Source of the DNA: an uncultured Oligoflexus sp.
GTDB taxonomy: Bacteria > Bdellovibrionota_B > Oligoflexia > Oligoflexales > Oligoflexaceae
Length of the DNA stretch: 53,900 nt
Assembly: GCA_964236955.1 (NCBI GenBank)
Contig: CAXSGP010000001.1
Span: 1-53,900, forward strand
Reading direction: 5' to 3'
Within the stretch, counting starts at the first letter, position 1; each line of letters begins with the position of its first letter. Below are positions 29,134 through 37,243 of the stretch, piece by piece. The notes under the pieces were generated by a model. The model was not told the origin of the DNA and did no database searches. It was given only the letters and a program-made list of their open reading frames with translations. The position numbers and the translations under genes are program-made.

Positions 29134-32100
29134 AAATCCGCAAAACCCTTATCGAAGCTCTGTGGTCAGGGCTTCAGCCGGTAGCGGTAAAACCTATCAG
29201 CTCTCCAGGCGCTTTCTCTTTCTGGTGGGTGCCGGAGCCATTCCATCGACCATACTCACGGTTACGTTCACTAAAAAAGCCGCTGCCGAGATGCGAGCCC
29301 GTATTCTCGATCTCGCTGCCAAACTCCTCGCCAATCGGGAAGAACAGGTTCTTTTTGAGCAGCAATTGGCGATCTTTTATGAGCACCGCGAAAATCAGCA
29401 TGCGCCCCGGCCCCTTACGGCGATGGAAACGGCAGCCCGCATCCTGGCAAGCACCCAATCGCTGCGTATCTCAACTATCGATTCTATACTTTTAGAGTGG
29501 CTTAAAAAGTTTCCCTTCGAGGCTTCTGGCGAAGGGGCCTTGCTGATACCACCGCGCTTTGAACTCATGTCGCAGTACAAAGAGGAAAAAAACCATCGCC
29601 GCTCCTGGTATAGAACACTTAAAGGCATCATGGAAACGAGCGATGATGCCATCAGCAAAATCCTCGAGAATCCCGAGAACCTTCATCTTATCGACCTTGA
29701 GAACAGACTCAAGGAGCTCTCGCGCCATGATTCCTTTCTCTGGCTCCTCAAACAGCAACGCCCTCATCTCCACAATCGGCTCGTGGATCATCCCATTACC
29801 GACGATTGGGGCGATACTGGCGAAAAAGGTCTGCTCGAAGCGTTGGCGCCAAGCCTGAGGAGCCTGGGTCAGATCCTCTCCAGGGATCGCCAGTCGGAGC
29901 TGGGGATGGGCCTGCTGGGAGAAAGTCTCAGTGGGCTGCGCGAGTCCCGTTTTTTAACTGCCGGGGCCCAGGTTCATGGTGGGACCTTTCGCTCCCCCAA
30001 GAAAGATTCCTACGCCCATGAGATTGCGACGATCAATAATCTATCCCGTTCCTATTTCTCGTTTCTTCAGAAAAACCGCCTCAATCAGACCGGCTCGATA
30101 CTGATGCAGGTCTTTCAGAATTACCAGGCCGCCAGCAGCCAGTTGAAATTTGAGGAAGGCTCCCTAAGCTTTGCAGATCTCATCAAAGGGGGATTCCATC
30201 TTTTCACGCACGATCAGGCTGCCGGAGCACGCTATCTTCTCAATCGATCGATCCGCCACCTGTTGCTCGACGAGTTTCAGGATACGAGCGTCCTGCAGTG
30301 GACAGTCTTTAAGGAAATGGCCGGGGAGATGCTCTCAGGTGAAGGCTTTCGCAGCGCCGATGACCTTGATCCCACTCTTTTTATCGTCGGCGATTCGAAG
30401 CAGTCGATTTATGGATTTCGGGAGGCCGACGCAGAGATCCTTGCTACGGCCGCCGAATTCATGCTGGCCCGAAGCGCGCTCGATATCGAGTTGAGCTCGA
30501 GCTACCGAACCCATCCGCTGCTGCTGGATTTCGTAAACCAATGCATGCAAGACGTCATGGACGATTTTCCACGGCATGAAGCCGCTCGTGATTCCAAGGG
30601 CGATGCTGTGATCAGGGGCAATGCCTCTCTCCTCATCAGCCCACTTTTCACCGGCGAAGAAGGCAAGCTCAGTGCGATCGATGCGGAAGCTGACTTTATC
30701 GCAACGACTCTTCACGGCCGACTCACCCAGCACCACAAGGTATTCGACAAGCACCTCGGCCGGTACCGAGACCTCCGTGCCGCCGATTGCGCTATTCTCT
30801 ATCGGGCATCAACCCACGCTCGAACCTACGCCGCAGCCCTTCGGGCGCGAGGTATTTCAGTCAGGATACAGGAGGGTAAAAGCTTTTTTAACAGACCTGA
30901 GATCTTAGACCTTATCGCCCTCTGCCGACTCATGGCCTATCCCAACGATATCCAGGCCGCGTTTCATGTTCTGAAAAGCCCTCTGGTCGGAATCGAAGAC
31001 AGCGTCCTGCTCAATGCCCTTCGGGCCGGGAAGATTGTGATCGACAGTGATGCAAGTCTCCGACACAGTGATCAGGTTGCCCCCCTGCTGGATTCTTTGG
31101 GTGAAGCGGCCCAGATTCTCAAACAATTTTTCGCCGCGCGGCATCTGACGCGTCCCTATATGTGCCTGCAGGAATTTTGTGAGCAGGGGAGCTGGCTACA
31201 AAATTATACGGACGCCTTTGATAATGAGGAAGGCCTGCTCGCGGCGGCGAACCTGCAGAAATTTATGGAGCTCGTCCTGCAGACCGATAATGCCGCCCAA
31301 CTCAGTTGGATGCAGGTACTACGCGCGATACTCGATAAAGAAAAAGAGGAAACAATCAGTCTCGCTTCGGTCTCCGAAGACTCCGTCCAATTGATGACGA
31401 TCCATAAATCCAAAGGCCTTGAATGGCCTTTGGTGGTTGTCACAGGAACAGGCGAGGAGTGGGAAAAAGCTGATCTCTATTGGGCCAAACTTAAAGACAG
31501 CTCGCTTGGTACTGGCCTTGCTTATGTAGGGCGACGGTCGGACCTTCCCGACGACGATGCCCATTTTCAGTTCTTATCCAAGATCATAGGAGACGAAGCA
31601 CTACGTGAGAACTACCGACTCCTTTATGTTGCGCTGACCCGCGCGCAATTTGAAATCGTCGTCACAGGATTTCATCGCCGGCCTAAGGATGAAACAAGTT
31701 ATTTTCATGGACTGCTCAGAGCTGCCGCTTTGCACAGTGGCGCGGCCCCTTTCCGGGACGATCCGCGTTGCCTCTATCAGGAAGCTGGCGATGATTTCGC
31801 TTTGAAAAATTCTGAGACGATTGAGAGTTCAAATGAGAAAGAGCATTCACAGGCCCATTTAACAATGTTAGAAAGTTGGCGCGCGGTGGCAGCCAGCGGT
31901 CCTGGTGTGAAGATACTGGCTCCCGCTCGGCTTCTGAGTGACGAAACACCCCCCGGCAGCGCTCTGTCCCTGCCTTTCGCGGCCGAGGCGGGAACCTATA
32001 TTCACAAAGCCCTCGAAGCTACGATTAAGGCTCAGGACTTTATCGGTGAGGAATATTGGGCCACGCTCCGCCGCCATCACCCACGTGAGACCTTTCTCAA

Positions 32101-32464
32101 AGCCTGGATCCTGGTAGAGGCCGAAAAGCAGAAGGTCATGGCTTCGGAGGTCTGGCGCGAACTTCGCAATGATGCTCTTCAGCTTGAAGCCGAAGTGCCT
32201 ATCGCCTATCTCAAAGACGACATGCTCGTGCGTGGGGTGATCGACCTTTTGATTCAAAAATCCGCTCGCGAATGGTGGGTAGTCGATTACAAAACAAGTT
32301 GGGAGGCCCTGCGAGGGGGCGATCTGCATGAGCTTTGCTATAAAAAAAAATACGACCAGCAGCTTGCCCTCTATCGCGAGGGTGTGCAGCGGCTTTATCC
32401 TGAAAGTGACATTAGCTGCGCGATTTTTTTCACGGCACAGCAGCAGCTGGTTTTTCTGGCCTGA
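29126..32464 (+). CDS. addA: AddA/UvrD-family helicase-nuclease
   Basis: ASAGSGKT, TFTKKAAAEMR, LLDEFQDT, VGDSKQSIYGFR, MTIHKSKGLEW, LLYVALTRA, C-terminal GVIDLL..VVDYKT..QLALY. Confidence 0.92.
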   Translation: MHKNPQNPYRSSVVRASAGSGKTYQLSRRFLFLVGAGAIPSTILTVTFTKKAAAEMRARILDLAAKLLANREEQVLFEQQLAIFYEHRENQHAPRPLTAMETAARILASTQSLRISTIDSILLEWLKKFPFEASGEGALLIPPRFELMSQYKEEKNHRRSWYRTLKGIMETSDDAISKILENPENLHLIDLENRLKELSRHDSFLWLLKQQRPHLHNRLVDHPITDDWGDTGEKGLLEALAPSLRSLGQILSRDRQSELGMGLLGESLSGLRESRFLTAGAQVHGGTFRSPKKDSYAHEIATINNLSRSYFSFLQKNRLNQTGSILMQVFQNYQAASSQLKFEEGSLSFADLIKGGFHLFTHDQAAGARYLLNRSIRHLLLDEFQDTSVLQWTVFKEMAGEMLSGEGFRSADDLDPTLFIVGDSKQSIYGFREADAEILATAAEFMLARSALDIELSSSYRTHPLLLDFVNQCMQDVMDDFPRHEAARDSKGDAVIRGNASLLISPLFTGEEGKLSAIDAEADFIATTLHGRLTQHHKVFDKHLGRYRDLRAADCAILYRASTHARTYAAALRARGISVRIQEGKSFFNRPEILDLIALCRLMAYPNDIQAAFHVLKSPLVGIEDSVLLNALRAGKIVIDSDASLRHSDQVAPLLDSLGEAAQILKQFFAARHLTRPYMCLQEFCEQGSWLQNYTDAFDNEEGLLAAANLQKFMELVLQTDNAAQLSWMQVLRAILDKEKEETISLASVSEDSVQLMTIHKSKGLEWPLVVVTGTGEEWEKADLYWAKLKDSSLGTGLAYVGRRSDLPDDDAHFQFLSKIIGDEALRENYRLLYVALTRAQFEIVVTGFHRRPKDETSYFHGLLRAAALHSGAAPFRDDPRCLYQEAGDDFALKNSETIESSNEKEHSQAHLTMLESWRAVAASGPGVKILAPARLLSDETPPGSALSLPFAAEAGTYIHKALEATIKAQDFIGEEYWATLRRHHPRETFLKAWILVEAEKQKVMASEVWRELRNDALQLEAEVPIAYLKDDMLVRGVIDLLIQKSAREWWVVDYKTSWEALRGGDLHELCYKKKYDQQLALYREGVQRLYPESDISCAIFFTAQQQLVFLA

Positions 32465-32494
32465 TCCTGGTTTTTCTGGAGCCGACCTAATCAG

Positions 32495-32516
32495 TGTCTG
32501 TCTGTCTGTCTGTCTG
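32495..32516. repeat. Tetranucleotide microsatellite (TGTC)5.5
   Basis: TGTCTGTCTGTCTGTCTGTCTG read directly. Confidence 0.9.
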
Positions 32517-32568
32517 GAAATGGGGATGGCAAGGCGCGAGGCAGAAAAAAAGCGGAGTTTATTCCCCA

Positions 32569-32595
32569 TAAATGAGCATTTTTTTCTGCCGATGA
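32569..32595 (+). promoter_or_regulatory. Sigma28 (FliA)-like promoter
   Basis: TAAAT-N14-GCCGATGA, near consensus with canonical spacing, 135 nt upstream of the 89-aa ORF. Confidence 0.6.
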
Positions 32596-32729
32596 AACGC
32601 AGCCATCGCCTTTTCCGGACTGACACTAATTATACTTCGAAGGAAGTTTCTGTCTTGTCCCTTGCCCTCACGAAGGGAAATTCCTAATGTCGGGACACTG
32701 CCAGGATTTCGATAGAGGGGGATGCTTTC

Positions 32730-32999
32730 ATGGAAGGTCGAGTGGTTCTTCTGAATGGTGATAGGATTGCGGTCCGGCTGCCTGATTCAAGCTATAGCGT
32801 ATTTCGTCTCCTTGCGGATTCAGGAATTGAGCCTGAAATAGGCGATAGTTTTCTTGGAACGCTTTCCAGCAACGGAGCGCAATTGTTACTCCATTGTCGC
32901 AGCCAACAATGGGTGGATGTAAAAATCAAACTTGCTAGCACCCGCGTTGCGGCGCGCACGAAGCGATTTCTGCAAAAGGCCAACCCTGCTGCTCGCTGA
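32730..32999 (+). CDS. Small hypothetical protein (89 aa, beta-rich)
   Basis: Strong SD GAGGGGG, ATG start, protein-like composition. Confidence 0.6.
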   Translation: MEGRVVLLNGDRIAVRLPDSSYSVFRLLADSGIEPEIGDSFLGTLSSNGAQLLLHCRSQQWVDVKIKLASTRVAARTKRFLQKANPAAR

Positions 33000-33261
33000 G
33001 GGCTTACTTTTCGATTGTTGAGATAGGATTCAAGATGGAGATGTCTCGGTGCATAAATTTTATTTATCTTTAAAAATGAATCGCCGAGACACCAAAGCAA
33101 GCCCGTTTATGGATCCCTTTCTTGTCCCGCTCTTGCCCTTCTTATAGCCCTGTTTATAGGCCCGTTTTATCAAAAACCCCTACTGCAAGGGCTTGGTGCC
33201 TATACAGCAAGGGTTGGGAAAGGCCGAATAAAAGACAGGGCTAAGCCAGATACACGAAACA

Positions 33262-33283
33262 AGAGAGAGAGAGAGAGAGAGAG
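33262..33283. repeat. Dinucleotide microsatellite (AG)11
   Basis: Read directly, ending about 12 nt from the stop codon of the OmpR-family gene. Confidence 0.9.
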
Positions 33284-33294
33284 CGGCCGCCTTC

Positions 33295-34092
33295 TTAAAG
33301 CAAATCGCTACGCGCCATTTTACGTCCTGTTCGCAGCGTTTCATCAAAATCGTTGAGCAGCGTCTGTTCAGCTTCCTGATTGCGAAGGCGCAGCACCATA
33401 CCTATGCCATAGATAGAATGCAGCTCAACATTATCACTGACTTCCCGCAATGCCTTACGAACTTCGAAAATCTTGCGATCGAGGGCATTGTCGCTGACGG
33501 CCAATGAACCCCACAATTCCCTTTTAAGAACATCCTTTGGAACGATCGTTCCCTGGGCCCGGATAAGTTCGGACAAGAGATCGATCTCACGAGCAGAAAG
33601 AATCAACTGGCCCTTCGCGCCGCTGATGGATTTATATTTAAGATCGACCTTGAGATCGCCAAATTTTAGCAAATTAAGACGATTCTTATCATTGAGATCT
33701 TCAATTCGCGCTCTGAGTCGAGCGACAACCTCGGCAGGGGAGATAGGCTTGCGAACGAAATCATCCGCACCTGCAGCCAAAGCTTGGGTCACACTATTAT
33801 CGGACTCGTCGCCGCTGATTACGATAATGGCCGTCATGGGCCAGAGCGATCGTAGTCTAGGAATGATATCAAGCCCGCATTCATCCTTCAGATGGATATC
33901 GATGAAGGCTCCAATAGGAGCAAGATGTTCCGCGCATTCAAGCAACTGTTCGCTTGTCACAAACGCGAAATTCTTGATGCTTAGCGTTTCCTCGATGATC
34001 TTGGCCATAACCGGATCGTCATCAAGGGTAACGGTATAGGGAATATGCGACAGATCTTTCAATCTTGACAAGGTCTGCTGCTGTTCGGACAT
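33295..34092 (-). CDS. OmpR/PhoB-family response regulator
   Basis: Receiver LDDD..FIDIHL..SG..GADDFVRKP; winged helix LSAREIDLL..LWG..NALDRKIFEVRKAL..IYGIG; ATG 34092 with GAGGTG SD. Confidence 0.9.
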   Translation of the reverse strand: MSEQQQTLSRLKDLSHIPYTVTLDDDPVMAKIIEETLSIKNFAFVTSEQLLECAEHLAPIGAFIDIHLKDECGLDIIPRLRSLWPMTAIIVISGDESDNSVTQALAAGADDFVRKPISPAEVVARLRARIEDLNDKNRLNLLKFGDLKVDLKYKSISGAKGQLILSAREIDLLSELIRAQGTIVPKDVLKRELWGSLAVSDNALDRKIFEVRKALREVSDNVELHSIYGIGMVLRLRNQEAEQTLLNDFDETLRTGRKMARSDLL

Positions 34093-34245
34093 CGCCAACA
34101 CCTCATAAGGTACTCTTTGACAGTACTGACATTTGTACCGGATTCTATAGGAATCTACTAATCTTTTTTAGACAAAAAAAACCAAATTATCTCGTTTTTT
34201 TAACCATCTAGAACCTTCCTTCATCAAACCGACATAAGGCGCAAT

Positions 34246-34272
34246 TCAAGAAAGCTTGGAAACGTCCGATAT
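34246..34272 (+). promoter_or_regulatory. Sigma28 (FliA)-like promoter
   Basis: TCAAG-N14-TCCGATAT, 40 nt upstream of ATG 34312. Confidence 0.55.
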
Positions 34273-34311
34273 AGTAATCGAAATCAATTAAAAATCAAGC
34301 CAGGTTAAACG

Positions 34312-34959
34312 ATGAGCGAGCTTGAGTTAGAGAAAAAAGCATTAAGCGGCGATGTTGCATCCCAGTGCTCCCTGGCGCTGCTCCATGAAATTGGCTTGGA
34401 TCGCCCTCAAGACTTTGAAAAGGCAGCTTATTTTTTACAGATGGCCGTGAGCAATGGCAGCCTGCTGGCATGGGAAAAGCTTAAGGCACTCTGTGACAGC
34501 GGCAAAGTTTCTTCATCATGGATGAGTGATCTTGCTCAGCCGCCTGAGGATAGCGGTACCGCGAAGAGCACTTTCCTGAAATTAGGGCCAAAAATTCTTC
34601 TCCTGGAAGATGAAGAAGACCTGCGCGAAATGCTTTGCGAGACTCTGCAAGGAGTTGGCTACGATGTTTTCTCGGCACCCGATGGTGAGGAGGGCCTCAA
34701 GTTGGTCCAGCTCCACCCCGACCTGGCATTGATCGTAACGGATCTGAAAATGCCCAAACTCAACGGCCTGCAATTCATGACGGCTGTCAAGAAAATGCGT
34801 CTGGCCAACGAACCACAGATGGTGGTGATGACGGCCTTCTCGCAGCAAAAGGTAATCGACGAAGGCAAAAAGTTAGGTGTTGCTGCGTGGATTGTTAAAC
34901 CCGTGAAGAAAGAGATGCTCCTCGAAACTCTTCAACGCATTTTAAAAAGGAAGTCATGA
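34312..34959 (+). CDS. Sel1-like repeat fused to a CheY-like receiver domain
   Basis: ALSGDVASQCSLALLHEIG..QDFEKAAYFLQMAVSNG (Sel1); LLEDE..VTDLKMPKLNG..MTA..WIVKP (intact receiver). Confidence 0.85.
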   Translation: MSELELEKKALSGDVASQCSLALLHEIGLDRPQDFEKAAYFLQMAVSNGSLLAWEKLKALCDSGKVSSSWMSDLAQPPEDSGTAKSTFLKLGPKILLLEDEEDLREMLCETLQGVGYDVFSAPDGEEGLKLVQLHPDLALIVTDLKMPKLNGLQFMTAVKKMRLANEPQMVVMTAFSQQKVIDEGKKLGVAAWIVKPVKKEMLLETLQRILKRKS

Positions 34960-34960
34960 G

Positions 34961-37123
34961 GTGGCTACCTCTAGCTTGAGTCGCTTCAGCAAGCCCGACC
35001 TCAAATGTATAGTGATCTCGCCGTCGAGCACTATTCGAGGCCTGCTCTCATCCATTCTCAAGGAATTGGCTTTCACCAATATCTCGACAGTTTCGGATAT
35101 TAAGACCTGTATTGAGATTATGGAAACGGAACCCGTTGCTTGGGTGATATCACCGACCCATGATCATGACAATGGTCATGTTCTTCATATCTTGAATATT
35201 ATCAACAACAACCCGGCCTTGAGAGCACTCAAGGTTTCCATACTTCGCGATAAGGATGACAGTTCTATTGCCTATGCCATGGAGCTCGGCGCCTTTTCGA
35301 TTCATAAATTCGAAACATCCAAGGAAGCCTGTCATCAGGAATTTCAGAAACTCGTTCAACGCGTCGAACGTTACGATGGTGATTGCTCGCGAGTAAGTGC
35401 CGACTATCTGCGGGACTATTTAACCGAGAAGGAGGAGTTTCAAGAACTCAAACGCTTTTACGTCTCCCTGCTCGAAATCTACCCCGGCCGTAGTGATATT
35501 CTGCTTGACCTCGCTGCCACGCTTTTTCTGGCTCATGAGCCCGACCAGGCCAAAATCATAATTCAACAGCTCCTGCTTACGGCTCCCGATCGGAGACCGC
35601 AAATCGCAACGCTTTTAAAGCTGCATCTGCCGGGCGAAATCCCCGAAGTCGGCCCGACCTCGTTCCTAGCGGATCATTACGGCTTCAAGACCTGCCTTAT
35701 CCTTGATTCGGATCGGATGTACCTCGATAAAATCGGCCAGCTCGTCCGAAAACTAGGATTTGTCGCGGTGGAGGAATTCTCCGATCCGATTTCCCTCATG
35801 CGCTGGTTACGACGCAATCCGGCACCTGATCTGGTGATTTCCGAATGGCAGCTGCCGGAGATCCCTGGCCCCATTTTCCTTTATAAAATAAGAAACCGCC
35901 TCGATCTCCATATTCCCATTATCATCACTAACAAACAGCTCTCGCACAAAGACAGTACGTGGATCAAAGAGCTGGAAATCAGCTGCCTCATAGCCAAACC
36001 CATCGTCGAAAAGGATCTTTTCCAGGCGGTACTCTGGACCATGCAGCAAAGCAAGGGACCTACCGATCTGTCCAGCATCAGAGCCAAACTCAAACTTGCC
36101 TCGAAAAAACAGGAAAAGGATCTCTTGCAACTCAAACAGACCTATATGCAGCATCCGATGCTTATCGACAGTGAGCGCATCTTGATGGAAGCCCATCTCG
36201 CCTTCGATGCCGGTTGTTATCTGCATGCAAAGAAATACGGCCTCGACGCTCTTAAAGAGGCCGGCGATCCGCGGGAGGTGCTTGAGATACTGAGCAAGAC
36301 CCTGATGAAACTTCGTGAATTCGACGCGGCCCTTCGCTGCCTTGACTACGTTACTATTTTATCCCCCTACAACGTCTCCTATCTTTGTGAAATTGCCGAA
36401 TGTCACCTCGAAAACGGCGACGATAAAACTTTTGAAAAATATCTCGACAAGGCGAAAGGCCTCGACGCCCAGGCTCAGATCGTGATCGAGACCGAAGCCA
36501 AAGGCGCTATCAAGAGAGGCCATACGGACTCTGCAAAGGTCTTGCTTCAAAGTCTCAATTCGTTCAAAGAAGTGCTGGCCTTTATGAACAACCGGGCGGT
36601 CGCCATGATCCAGGTCGGCAACCATGAGCAGGGCCTCGAACTCTATAGAAAGGCACTTGCGTCCATACCGGATGGCCAGGCCGAGGTGAGATCCCTTATC
36701 TATTATAATCTTGGTCTTGGTTATGCGCGGTCCAACCGGTTTCGGGAAGCTCTCGATGTACTGGCTTCGGCAGCCGTCACCAAAAATCATATTCGAAAGC
36801 GCAAGGTCAACAGTCTTCGCATGCGGCTGGACAAAGCGATTGTATCAGGAGAACCTCTGATCTTTTCCGTTGAAAAGGAGAGGACTATGGAAGATGAGTC
36901 GATAAAATTGAAAACCCTCAATGAGATATCCGCAGGTGCGACCAACGAAAACAAGATCCTTCGAAGCGACTACTGCTTGAATAAGATTTTTCGCTCGCTT
37001 ATCAACGACAGCAGTGCAAAAGCTATACTGCAAAGCGCGCCGAATTTTACGCCGCGCGGTAAAATGGTTAAGGACTATATCAACGGAATCACCCTGGCTC
37101 CCAGTGATATTCGCAATGGTTAA
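34961..37123 (+). CDS. Multi-domain protein with two atypical receiver domains and TPR repeats
   Basis: Receiver-like segments CIVISPSSTIR.. and CLILDSD..PDLVISEWQLPEIPG..IAKP; TPR helices such as MNNRAVAMIQVGNHEQGLELYRKAL and IYYNLGLGYAR. Confidence 0.75.
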   Translation: MATSSLSRFSKPDLKCIVISPSSTIRGLLSSILKELAFTNISTVSDIKTCIEIMETEPVAWVISPTHDHDNGHVLHILNIINNNPALRALKVSILRDKDDSSIAYAMELGAFSIHKFETSKEACHQEFQKLVQRVERYDGDCSRVSADYLRDYLTEKEEFQELKRFYVSLLEIYPGRSDILLDLAATLFLAHEPDQAKIIIQQLLLTAPDRRPQIATLLKLHLPGEIPEVGPTSFLADHYGFKTCLILDSDRMYLDKIGQLVRKLGFVAVEEFSDPISLMRWLRRNPAPDLVISEWQLPEIPGPIFLYKIRNRLDLHIPIIITNKQLSHKDSTWIKELEISCLIAKPIVEKDLFQAVLWTMQQSKGPTDLSSIRAKLKLASKKQEKDLLQLKQTYMQHPMLIDSERILMEAHLAFDAGCYLHAKKYGLDALKEAGDPREVLEILSKTLMKLREFDAALRCLDYVTILSPYNVSYLCEIAECHLENGDDKTFEKYLDKAKGLDAQAQIVIETEAKGAIKRGHTDSAKVLLQSLNSFKEVLAFMNNRAVAMIQVGNHEQGLELYRKALASIPDGQAEVRSLIYYNLGLGYARSNRFREALDVLASAAVTKNHIRKRKVNSLRMRLDKAIVSGEPLIFSVEKERTMEDESIKLKTLNEISAGATNENKILRSDYCLNKIFRSLINDSSAKAILQSAPNFTPRGKMVKDYINGITLAPSDIRNG

Positions 37124-37243
37124 GCTCTAAGGCAAGCCCCCTGATTCCATTCCATTCAATGCATCGTCATCCACGGCACCCTAGACAAACACCCACCAAC
37201 TATCTAGCTGGAGGGTGCTTCATTCTATTTCAAGCTGCAATCC

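Noticed and set aside
26293..32464. Helicase-nuclease pair as a defence system or Cas4-like module
   Set aside because: Order, sizes and motifs fit ordinary AddAB recombination repair
31868..32687. ORFs 31868-32626 (-) and 32328-32687 (+)
   Set aside because: Shadow frames over the addA 3' end that run through the microsatellite
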